This document shows, in pieces, positions 39,026-47,828 of a stretch of 64,000 nucleotides of DNA; within the stretch, counting starts at the first letter, position 1, and each line of letters starts with the position of its first letter. The stretch comes from an uncultured Pelagibacteraceae bacterium (GTDB lineage: Bacteria > Pseudomonadota > Alphaproteobacteria > Pelagibacterales > Pelagibacteraceae). The notes under the pieces were generated by a model. It did not search any database. It was not told where the DNA came from and saw nothing but the letters and a program-made list of their open reading frames with translations. Made by a program: the position numbers and the translations under genes. The stretch spans positions 2,334 to 66,333 of the forward strand of contig CABYDK010000001.1 in the NCBI GenBank assembly GCA_902517735.1, written 5' to 3'.

Positions 39026-40225
39026 ATGAAAATATTATGTATATTATATGACGATCCTAAAGAGGGAATGCCTAAATCATATCCTCTTGGAGATCTGCCA
39101 AAACTGGAAAAATATCCTGACGGAATGACTTTGCCTTCTCCTAAAGGTAGAGATTTTACCCCAGGAGAATTATTAGGATGTGTATCTGGTGGTCTGGGAC
39201 TAAAAAAATTTTTAGAAAGTAACGGCCATACATTTGTAGTTACAAATAGTAAAGATGGTGAAGGATGTGAGGCTGATAAACATATCGTAGATGCTGATAT
39301 AGTAATCTCACAACCTTTCTTTCCTTATTATTTAACTAAAGAAAGGATTGCAAAAGCTAAAAATTTGAAAATGGCAATTACAGCAGGGATCGGATCTGAC
39401 CATGTTGATCTACAAGCTGCAATGGATAACAAAATAGACGTTGTTGAAGTAACATTTTGTAATTCAAGATCTGTTGCTGAGCATATAGTAATGATGATTG
39501 TATCAATGGTTAGAGATTATCATACCCAACATAGAATAGTTAATGAAGGTGGCTGGAATATTGCTGATGCTGTTCAAAGATCATATGATGTCGAAGGTAT
39601 GCATATCGGGACAGTAGCTGCAGGGCGTATTGGTCTAGATGCATTAAGAAAGATGAAACCATTTGATGTACATCTGCATTATTTTGATAGGCATAAGTTG
39701 CCTGATGCAGTTGAAAAAGAACTTAATCTAACCTTTCATGAATCAGTCGAGTCTATGGTAAAAGTTTGTGATGTAGTGACAATAAACTGTCCTCTTCACC
39801 CAGAAACTGAAAATTTATTTGACGATGCGATGATAAGTAAAATGAAAAAAGGTGCATATATTGTAAATACTGCTAGAGGAAAAATCTGTAATCGAGAGGC
39901 AATTGCAAAAGCTTTAAAAAGTGGTCAATTGAGTGGTTATGCTGGAGACGTATGGTTTCCGCAACCTGCACCAAATGATCATATTTGGAGAACTATGCCT
40001 AACCATGGAATGACACCTCATACATCTGGAACATCATTATCTGCACAAGCTAGATATGCGGATGGAGTGAGGGAAATATTGGAATGTTTCTTTGATAATA
40101 AAGAGATTAGAAATCAATATTTAATTGTCAAAGACGGTCAATTAGCTGGAATGGGAGCTCATTCTTATAGTAAAGGCTCTGCAACAGGTGGTTCTGAAGA
40201 AGCGGCCAAATATAAGAAAAAATAA
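39026..40225 (+). CDS. fdh: NAD-dependent, metal-independent formate dehydrogenase
   Basis: ELLGCVSG.LGL, ISQPF, TAGIGSDHVDL, VAAGRIG, FDRH, NTARG, WFPQPAP, TPHTSGTSLSAQARY. Confidence 0.96.
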   Translation: MKILCILYDDPKEGMPKSYPLGDLPKLEKYPDGMTLPSPKGRDFTPGELLGCVSGGLGLKKFLESNGHTFVVTNSKDGEGCEADKHIVDADIVISQPFFPYYLTKERIAKAKNLKMAITAGIGSDHVDLQAAMDNKIDVVEVTFCNSRSVAEHIVMMIVSMVRDYHTQHRIVNEGGWNIADAVQRSYDVEGMHIGTVAAGRIGLDALRKMKPFDVHLHYFDRHKLPDAVEKELNLTFHESVESMVKVCDVVTINCPLHPETENLFDDAMISKMKKGAYIVNTARGKICNREAIAKALKSGQLSGYAGDVWFPQPAPNDHIWRTMPNHGMTPHTSGTSLSAQARYADGVREILECFFDNKEIRNQYLIVKDGQLAGMGAHSYSKGSATGGSEEAAKYKKK

Positions 40226-40241
40226 AATTTAATTATAAAAT

Positions 40242-40275
40242 AAAAGCGGTTTATATTATATAAACCGCTTTTTTT
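40242..40275 (+). terminator. Intrinsic terminator after fdh
   Basis: AAAAGCGGTTTATA-TTA-TATAAACCGCTTTT followed by TTT. Confidence 0.8.
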
Positions 40276-41727
40276 ATGAATAAAATAAATTGGAACTTTG
40301 AAAATACTTATTCTAAGCTATCGAATTCATTTAAACAAAATATAGACCCTGTACCTGTAAAAAACCCTCAATTAGTTTTATTTAACGAAAAATTAGGATC
40401 TGAATTAAATTTAGATTTTTCAAAAATCAGTAAAAAGGATTTGTCAGAAATATTTTCAGGAAATTCTTTACCTGAAGGAAGTAATAGCATTGCCCAGGCT
40501 TATGCTGGTCACCAGTTTGGTCATTTTACTATGTTGGGGGATGGTAGAGCTGTCTTGATTGGAGAACATTTATCTAAAAATAATAAAAAATACGATATTC
40601 AATTTAAAGGATCTGGAAAAACAGCATTTTCTAGAAATGGCGATGGAAGAGCAGCCTTAGGGCCTATGTTGAGAGAATATATAGTCAGTGAAGCAATGAA
40701 TGGATTAAAAATACCTACAACAAGAAGTTTGGCAGTTGTTAAAACTGGTGAAGATATAATTAGAGAGACTTCACTCCCAGGAGCAATCTTAACAAGAGTT
40801 GCCTCAAGTCATATACGAGTAGGAACATTTCAATATATTGCAGCTAGACAAAAAAAAGATGAACTTGAAATATTATTAAATTATGTAATTGAGAGACACT
40901 ATCAAAACTTAAAAAATTCTCGGAACAAACCTCTTGAACTTTTGAATATCATTTTAGAAAAACAAATTGATCTTGTTGTGAATTGGATGAGAGTTGGTTT
41001 TATACATGGAGTTATGAACACAGATAATATGAGTATATCCGGTGAAACTATTGACTATGGTCCATGTGCTTTTATGGATTTTTATGATCCAAAAACTGTA
41101 TTTAGTTCAATTGATCAAATGGGAAGATATGCTTATTGTAATCAACCTATTATCACAAAATGGAATCTATCTAGATTTGCAGAATGTTTGATACCGTTAA
41201 TTGATAAAGATCAGAATAAAGCAATAAAATTAGCTACTGAAATAATTAATACTTTTGAAAAAAAATATGAAGAAAAATGGCTTAATATGATGAGACAAAA
41301 ATTAGGATTATTTGGTATAGAAGAAAATGACAAATTTTTAATCCTAGATTTATTAACTTGGATGCATCAAAAAAGGGTAGATTATACAAACACTTTTTGT
41401 CATTTAATGAATTATGAAATTTATAACAACCAAGATTTCAAGGATAATAATTTTAAAAATTGGAAAAAGAGATGGCAAGTAAGATTATTAAAAAATAATA
41501 ATACACCAGAAAAATATAAGAAATTGATGAGAAGTGTAAATCCTTTCGTGATACCAAGAAATCATAAAGTTGAAGAAGTTTTAAACGAGGCATACAATAA
41601 TAAGATAGATCCGCTCAAAAAACTTTTACAAGTTTTAAATACCCCTTATTCAGAAAAAAAGATTATAAAAGAGTATCTTACCCCTTCCTATTCAAATGAA
41701 AAATATCAAACTTTTTGTGGAACTTAA
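40276..41727 (+). CDS. selO: Protein adenylyltransferase SelO (YdiU)
   Basis: YAGHQFG, LGDGRA, KGSG.T.FSR.GDGRA, HGVMNTDN, IDYGP, C-terminal TFCGT. Confidence 0.95.
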   Translation: MNKINWNFENTYSKLSNSFKQNIDPVPVKNPQLVLFNEKLGSELNLDFSKISKKDLSEIFSGNSLPEGSNSIAQAYAGHQFGHFTMLGDGRAVLIGEHLSKNNKKYDIQFKGSGKTAFSRNGDGRAALGPMLREYIVSEAMNGLKIPTTRSLAVVKTGEDIIRETSLPGAILTRVASSHIRVGTFQYIAARQKKDELEILLNYVIERHYQNLKNSRNKPLELLNIILEKQIDLVVNWMRVGFIHGVMNTDNMSISGETIDYGPCAFMDFYDPKTVFSSIDQMGRYAYCNQPIITKWNLSRFAECLIPLIDKDQNKAIKLATEIINTFEKKYEEKWLNMMRQKLGLFGIEENDKFLILDLLTWMHQKRVDYTNTFCHLMNYEIYNNQDFKDNNFKNWKKRWQVRLLKNNNTPEKYKKLMRSVNPFVIPRNHKVEEVLNEAYNNKIDPLKKLLQVLNTPYSEKKIIKEYLTPSYSNEKYQTFCGT

Positions 41728-42831
41728 TTAAAGAACATAAGGCTCTGGTCTAGCTTTTTTTCCTAAAACTCTTTCAACTGCCATATTTGAAATATCAATT
41801 GATTGATATGATCCTGTTGTGATCAGTTCAGTAAGTGCTCTTCCTATGCCTGGGGCTTGCATTAGTCCTCTTCCAGTAAATCCAGTTGCTAAATATACAT
41901 TATCAAACTTAGGATGTTTTCCCACAACAGCATTATTATCTAATCTATTACAATCATAATATCCAGCCCAACCCCCTGTTAACTTAAGCTCTTCCATAGC
42001 TGGTATTCTATGAGCTAATGCTGGCCAGACTAGTTCCTCAAAATCGTCCCAAGCTGGCTCAAGATCTTTTGCCTCAAAAACTGATTTTGGTGATCCTGCT
42101 AAATATTCTTTTCCCTCTGGTCGCCAGTAAACCCCCGATGTTAAATCTCCGGTTAAAGGCATTTCAGGAATATGTTTGGGACATTTAACCCTAAACACAG
42201 TATGTTTTTGTGGTTCAACTGGTATGTCTTCTAAGAGTTCCTTGGTCCAACATCCAGCAGCAGAAATAATTGTTTTTGCTTTTATTTCTTTAAGAGTTTT
42301 TACATCACCTTTAATAAATTCTGCACCTAGTTCTACTGCTTTACTTTTTAAAGCACTATGAAACATAAAAGGATCAATCCAACCTTCACTTTGATTATCC
42401 GTAAATGTTGCAGTTTCAATTCCTTCGCTATTTATATATGGAAAAAATTTTGTTAATTCAGATCCTTTAATATTCTTCGTTCCAGCTTCACATTCTTTAT
42501 GGTTTTCTAAAGCTTTATATTGTTCTTCTGCATGTTCTGAGCCAAACATTAGTAAATATCCATTTGTGACCATGCTGGCAGTTGGTTTGGGATTTTGTTC
42601 TGTTTTAAGTAGTTCAGGTATTTGAAAAATAAATTCTCTAGCAAATTTACCAAGCAAAATATTTTCTTTCTGAAAAAATTGTCTTCTAAAACCCCCTAAG
42701 GAAAGGGGGAAAGAAGCAGTTTTATATGTTGGGTCTCTTTCTATTACTTTTACTTTTCTTCCTTCTTTAGATAAAAAATAAGCCGTAGCAGTTCCAATTA
42801 TTCCACCACCAATTATAACAACATCATCCAT
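41728..42831 (-). CDS. FAD-dependent oxidoreductase, DAO/SoxB family (FOXRED1-like)
   Basis: IIGGGIIG, ERDPTY..AS..LSLGG.R.QF, EGWIDP, WAGYYD.N.LD.N, GFTG.GL.QAP. Confidence 0.88.
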   Translation of the reverse strand: MDDVVIIGGGIIGTATAYFLSKEGRKVKVIERDPTYKTASFPLSLGGFRRQFFQKENILLGKFAREFIFQIPELLKTEQNPKPTASMVTNGYLLMFGSEHAEEQYKALENHKECEAGTKNIKGSELTKFFPYINSEGIETATFTDNQSEGWIDPFMFHSALKSKAVELGAEFIKGDVKTLKEIKAKTIISAAGCWTKELLEDIPVEPQKHTVFRVKCPKHIPEMPLTGDLTSGVYWRPEGKEYLAGSPKSVFEAKDLEPAWDDFEELVWPALAHRIPAMEELKLTGGWAGYYDCNRLDNNAVVGKHPKFDNVYLATGFTGRGLMQAPGIGRALTELITTGSYQSIDISNMAVERVLGKKARPEPYVL

Positions 42832-43299
42832 TTAATTAAGCATAAATAAGTTAAAATTCAGAAATAGTGCATAGCAACACCAAAGTAAATAGGGAATCAT
42901 TAAATAATAACTTACAAAATTGACACGTTTAAACCTTATAATAAGAATAATTATCAAAAAAATTAAAAATATTAATACAACTAATGCTAAAAATATTTGA
43001 TGTAATCCAAAGAAGACGATACTCCAAGTTGTATTAAAAATTATATGAATGAAATAAATATATACTGTGTTTACATCTCGGTTTTTAGTATGCCAGAAAA
43101 ACCAGATAGCTAAAGTCATCATTATATATAAAGTTGTCCAAACTGGTGCAAATATCCAATCTGGAGGATTATAATTTGACTTTACAAGCTGAGAATACCA
43201 TGGTTCTTTAAGAGTAACAGAAGCTAAGCCTCCAATAAATGAGGCAGAAAAGGTAATTATAAAAAAAAGAGTGAATGATAAAAATTTATTTTTTAACAT
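42832..43299 (-). CDS. tspO: TspO/MBR tryptophan-rich sensory protein
   Basis: WY..LVK..YNPP.WIFAPVWT.LY, WS.VFFG, PYLLW. Confidence 0.93.
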   Translation of the reverse strand: MLKNKFLSFTLFFIITFSASFIGGLASVTLKEPWYSQLVKSNYNPPDWIFAPVWTTLYIMMTLAIWFFWHTKNRDVNTVYIYFIHIIFNTTWSIVFFGLHQIFLALVVLIFLIFLIIILIIRFKRVNFVSYYLMIPYLLWCCYALFLNFNLFMLN

Positions 43300-43323
43300 A
43301 TTAGTATTATACATCTTTATATA

Positions 43324-44085
43324 ATGAATAAAAAAACAATTTGGATTACCGGTGGTAGCACTGGTATTGGTAAAGCTTTAGCTATAAAATTTGCAAATGA
43401 GGGATGGAATGTAGCAATATCAGCCAGAAGAGAGAGTTTACTTAATGAGATTTCTGATAAATATGAAAATATTAGTTCATTTCCATTAGATGTGACAGAT
43501 AAAGATAAATGTAAAGAAGTTTTTAATAATATAAAAGTAAAATTTAATGAAATTGATGTTTGTTTTTTTTCTACTGGGACATGGGATCCAAAAAAAGAAA
43601 AAGATATTGATGTACAACAGATGGAAGAAGTCTTTAAAGTAAACTTTTTTGGGACAGTTAATACTATCAAAGCTGTTGAAAAATATTTTAAAGATAAAAA
43701 AGATGGTATAATTACTATTGTTTCTTCAATAGCAGGATACAGAGGATTACCAAATTCAACTGGTTATGGTCCATCTAAATCTGCATTAAATAATTTGGCT
43801 GAAAGTTTGTATTTTGACTTTAAAAGATCGAACGTTCGTATTTGTTTGGTATCTCCTGGATTTATTAAGACTCCAATGACAGACAAAAATGATTTTAAAA
43901 TGCCGTTCTTAAAAACACCGGAATATGCAGCAGAACAAATTTTTGATGGTTTGATTAATAAAAGTATATTTGAAATACATTTCCCTAAACCTTTAACATT
44001 GACCTTAAAACTCTTAAGCTTTTTACCTAGTAAAATTTATTTTGGTTTAGTTGGTAGATTAACAAAATATCAAAAAAATAATTAA
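43324..44085 (+). CDS. Short-chain dehydrogenase/reductase
   Basis: WITGGSTGIG, SS.AG, YGPSK, PGFIKTPMTDKNDF.MPF. Confidence 0.92.
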   Translation: MNKKTIWITGGSTGIGKALAIKFANEGWNVAISARRESLLNEISDKYENISSFPLDVTDKDKCKEVFNNIKVKFNEIDVCFFSTGTWDPKKEKDIDVQQMEEVFKVNFFGTVNTIKAVEKYFKDKKDGIITIVSSIAGYRGLPNSTGYGPSKSALNNLAESLYFDFKRSNVRICLVSPGFIKTPMTDKNDFKMPFLKTPEYAAEQIFDGLINKSIFEIHFPKPLTLTLKLLSFLPSKIYFGLVGRLTKYQKNN

Positions 44086-44621
44086 TCTTTAACAAACACT
44101 ACAGTCAATTCAGCAACTTTAAATCCAAACTTAGTCATTGTTGCTCTGTTTATCGCAACTCTGTCATCTTGTTTAAAAATCCAATCATCAAAAGTAATTT
44201 TTAATTCTTTACCTTTGACTGGAACTAATAATACGTATTCAAATTTAAAAGCAGGACCATAAGAGTAACCAATAGCTTTACCAACAACATCTCCTGCTGT
44301 TCCCTCGTATTTATGTTTATCTATTTTTTTTATAGTCCACTCTCTATATTGAATTTCACCATCATCCCAATTAAACTTTTCTTTGAGAATTAATTGACTG
44401 CCATCCCAGGTTCCATTTAAATCTGCGGAAAATTGTCTAGTTACTTTACCTGATCTATTTTGTAAGACTCCCCAAGCTTTAACATTTCCAGATAAATATT
44501 CTTCTATGATTAATCTAGGTTTTTTATCTTTAAAATCTTCCGGTTTCATAGCATTTTTATTTGTGCAACTTGTAATTAAGAATAATAAAATTATCAATAA
44601 AATTTGGTTAATAAATCTCAT
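44082..44621 (-). CDS. DUF3833 family lipoprotein
   Basis: Lipobox LITSC, G.VKAWG..Q.RSGK, GTAGDVVG, FDDW, KFG. Confidence 0.85.
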   Translation of the reverse strand: MRFINQILLIILLFLITSCTNKNAMKPEDFKDKKPRLIIEEYLSGNVKAWGVLQNRSGKVTRQFSADLNGTWDGSQLILKEKFNWDDGEIQYREWTIKKIDKHKYEGTAGDVVGKAIGYSYGPAFKFEYVLLVPVKGKELKITFDDWIFKQDDRVAINRATMTKFGFKVAELTVVFVKD

Positions 44622-44648
44622 ATGTCTAATCAATTGTTTCATGAGCTA

Positions 44649-45827
44649 CTATTTTTTCTGCATTGAGAATTGTATTAGATCTATATTTTTCGACTTAAAA
44701 CCTGCTTCACAATATGAAAGATAGAATTCCCACATCCTTTTGAAAGTAAGATCAAATCCTTGATATTTAATTAATTCCCATTTCTTTAAAAATTCATTTC
44801 TCCATATAGCCAATGTATTAGCATAATGATCGGCATAAGAGATATAAGAATTTATCGTTAATCCATTATCTGATACATATCTATTGATGCTATTTTTATT
44901 AGGCAAAAATCCCCCAGGAAAAATATATTTTTGAATAAAATCTTGCTTGTTTTTATATCTATCAAACAACTTATCGTCTATTGTAATTGCTTGAATTGCA
45001 GCTTTTCCACCCTCTGATAAATTATTTTTGATAGTTTTAAAATATCCCTCTAAATAATTTTGTCCAACTGCCTCTATCATCTCTATGGAAGCTATAGAAT
45101 TATATTTGCTTTGAAGATCTCGATAATCTTTTATTTCAATATTAACTTTTTCATTTAAACCACATTTAAAAATTCTTTCTTTCGCATACTCAAATTGTTT
45201 TTTTGAAATTGTTATACAATCAAGTTTCACATCATATTTTTTACCCAAATACTCTGCAAAACCGCCCCAGCCACATCCAATTTCTAAAATTTTATCACCG
45301 TTATTTGGTTTGATTAAATTAATTAACTTTTGATATTTATTATTTTGGGCCTGAGAAAGATTTTTTGAATTTTCATCGAATATAGCACTAGAATATGTAA
45401 GTGTATCATCTAGCCAAAGAGAAAAAAAATCGTTTCCTAAATCATAATGTTTAGCAATATTCTCCTTACTTCTATTTTTTGTATTTTTAATTATTCTATT
45501 TTTAATAAAATTTATTAATGGAAAATCAAGAAGTCCTGAAAATTTATATATAACATCTATATTTCTTGCAGTTAACTCAATTAAATTTGATAAGTTTTTA
45601 GTCTCAAAATCACCTCTCATATAACTTTCAGCAAATCCTATACTGCCTCCTCTAATCAATTTGTAACTAAAATTTGGTTTTTTAATAAAAATATTAGCTT
45701 TTAATTTTTCATCTGGATTTCCAAATTTTAAAAGTTTTCGCTCAAATGTGGTTAGTTCAAGATAACCATAATTGATTTTATTTAAAAATTTAAAAACTAA
45801 TCTATCTGCAGCTTTATCTAAAAACAT
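44649..45827 (-). CDS. cfa: Cfa-family SAM-dependent fatty acid methyltransferase (UfaM-like)
   Basis: GFAESY, HYDLGNDFF, TYSSA, LEIGCGWG, SIEMIEAVG, YIFPGG.LP, YCEAGF. Confidence 0.93.
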   Translation of the reverse strand: MFLDKAADRLVFKFLNKINYGYLELTTFERKLLKFGNPDEKLKANIFIKKPNFSYKLIRGGSIGFAESYMRGDFETKNLSNLIELTARNIDVIYKFSGLLDFPLINFIKNRIIKNTKNRSKENIAKHYDLGNDFFSLWLDDTLTYSSAIFDENSKNLSQAQNNKYQKLINLIKPNNGDKILEIGCGWGGFAEYLGKKYDVKLDCITISKKQFEYAKERIFKCGLNEKVNIEIKDYRDLQSKYNSIASIEMIEAVGQNYLEGYFKTIKNNLSEGGKAAIQAITIDDKLFDRYKNKQDFIQKYIFPGGFLPNKNSINRYVSDNGLTINSYISYADHYANTLAIWRNEFLKKWELIKYQGFDLTFKRMWEFYLSYCEAGFKSKNIDLIQFSMQKK

Positions 45828-46591
45828 TAATTTTCTATTGTTATATTATTTTTTATTTTTAACTTTTTCTTAATAAATTTTATTCCTTTAATCCATAATT
45901 TAAACGCTTCAAAATGTATCGCTGAAATAATTTTAAACGTCATTAACGGATGTTTTAAGTAAGAATTCATCAAATTTTTATTTGTAAGATCTGATCTTAT
46001 GCCATCTTGAGATGCATAAAGAATTTTTCCCTCTTTATCATATTGATCTATCACAATTGACAATTTCTCTTCTGGGTTTAATGTCCTAAAAAAGTAATTA
46101 CAATCCATTTCAATAAATGGCGATACATGAAATTTTTTTGAGCAATTATTTTGTATTAATTTATTTTTACCCTCTACTTTAAAAACATAAGTATGCTGTT
46201 CACCAAATGTGTTTTTAACTTCATATAAAATAGTAATTAAATTTTCATATTTATCGTATATAAAAAAAACACTCAATGGATTGAAAACGTAACCTAATAT
46301 TCTAGGATAACATAAAAGTTTTATTTTTATATTTTCTATGCTTATATTGTTGTTGCTTAGATTAAGCTTAACCCAATTGATAAGAGATGAACCATCACGC
46401 TCACCATGATCTTTCTCATAAAAACTAATTAAATTAAATCTATTTAAAGAAAAAAATTTTAATTTATCATTTAGCTCAGCAAGTTCTGATAGATCAATTA
46501 AAAGAGAAAATACTCTATACTTAAAAAAATGTTCTTTGGGCCTAAAACGTTTATGGATTACAGTTCCGTTATATATACTAGAATTACTCAT
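45827..46591 (-). CDS. DUF1365 family protein (UfaO-like)
   Basis: H.RF.P..H.F.Y, PRILGY.FNP, EVKNTFGE.H.Y, K.FHVSPF, IHFEA.KLW. Confidence 0.9.
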   Translation of the reverse strand: MSNSSIYNGTVIHKRFRPKEHFFKYRVFSLLIDLSELAELNDKLKFFSLNRFNLISFYEKDHGERDGSSLINWVKLNLSNNNISIENIKIKLLCYPRILGYVFNPLSVFFIYDKYENLITILYEVKNTFGEQHTYVFKVEGKNKLIQNNCSKKFHVSPFIEMDCNYFFRTLNPEEKLSIVIDQYDKEGKILYASQDGIRSDLTNKNLMNSYLKHPLMTFKIISAIHFEAFKLWIKGIKFIKKKLKIKNNITIEN

Positions 46592-47822
46592 TGAGGTTTT
46601 TCAGCATTTCAATAGATGATTTTATTCCATCTTCATGAAATCCGTAACCAAAATAACTTCCACAGAAAAGTAGATCTTTTTGATTTTGTAATTTAACAAG
46701 CTCTGATTGTGCGTCTAATGCCTTTTGATCATAATAAGGATGAGTAAAGTTTACTTTTTTTAATACCTTGGCCTCATCAATCTTAAAATAAGGATTAAGT
46801 GTTAAAAAAATATTTTGATCAATCTTTAAATTTTGAAGAAGGTTTAACCAGTATGTAATTGAATTTTTTTCAAGATTTTTATCATCTATTGACGAGTTCC
46901 ATGAAGACCAAGCTTTTTTATTTTTTGGCATAGCGCGTTGATCTGTATGGACATACGCAATATTTTCTTTGTAACTAAAATTAGAAAGTATTTTGATCTC
47001 CTCTTCTGTAGGATTTTCTATTAATCTTAAAGCTTCATCAGCATGAGTTGCCAATATTACTTTATCATAATCAAAGAATTCACTTTCTCCACCATAATAC
47101 AAATCTACACCTGATGATTTTCTTTTAATTTTTGTAACTCTGTAATTTTTATAATGTTCTCCACTTATCTCGGAAATAATCTTACTAACATAAGATCTAC
47201 TTCTATTAGATACAGTATACCACTGTGGTCTATCTTTTAATTTAAATAATCCGTGATTTTGAAAAAATTTTAAAAAAAAACTTATTGGCATTTTGCTTGC
47301 TTCATAAGGAGGCATAGACCAAATAGCAGATACCATTGGTATGATATGGTAATTAATAAATGTTTTAGATAGCTTGTTTATTCTAAGATATTCTCCTAAA
47401 GTAATTTTTTCATTCAAAATGGTTTCTTGATCACTTTTTTTATAGAATTTAATTATATCAAAGAACATTTTTAAGAATTCAATATTAAATAAATTTGATT
47501 TATTTGAAAAAATTCCTCTTAATCCTTTTCCACAATACTCAAAATTTGTGTTATCTACTGAAACTGAAAAAGACATATTGCTTTTTTCAATTTGAATGTC
47601 ATTTTCTTTAAAAAATTTTATTAAGTTTGGATAAGTCTGAAAATTAAAAACAATAAAACCAATATCTACAGAAACTTTTTTTTCATCAAGAAATAAATCA
47701 ATTGTATGTGAATGACCTCCAAACTGATCCTCTTTCTCAAAAAGATCTACATGGTGTTTTTTAGATAAATAATATCCTGCACTTAATCCTGATATACCTG
47801 AACCAACTACGGCAATTTTCAT
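46584..47822 (-). CDS. FAD/NAD-binding amine-oxidase-family protein (UfaD-like desaturase)
   Basis: KIAVVGSGISGL, GGHSHT, VDIGFIVFN..TYPN, AWSSWN, HP.Y, GYGFHEDG. Confidence 0.9.
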   Translation of the reverse strand: MKIAVVGSGISGLSAGYYLSKKHHVDLFEKEDQFGGHSHTIDLFLDEKKVSVDIGFIVFNFQTYPNLIKFFKENDIQIEKSNMSFSVSVDNTNFEYCGKGLRGIFSNKSNLFNIEFLKMFFDIIKFYKKSDQETILNEKITLGEYLRINKLSKTFINYHIIPMVSAIWSMPPYEASKMPISFFLKFFQNHGLFKLKDRPQWYTVSNRSRSYVSKIISEISGEHYKNYRVTKIKRKSSGVDLYYGGESEFFDYDKVILATHADEALRLIENPTEEEIKILSNFSYKENIAYVHTDQRAMPKNKKAWSSWNSSIDDKNLEKNSITYWLNLLQNLKIDQNIFLTLNPYFKIDEAKVLKKVNFTHPYYDQKALDAQSELVKLQNQKDLLFCGSYFGYGFHEDGIKSSIEMLKNLNE

Positions 47823-47828
47823 TAATGA

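Noticed and set aside
41713-41727. Selenocysteine recoding in selO
   Set aside because: The C-terminus is FCGT with TGT (Cys) and a TAA stop. There is no in-frame TGA.
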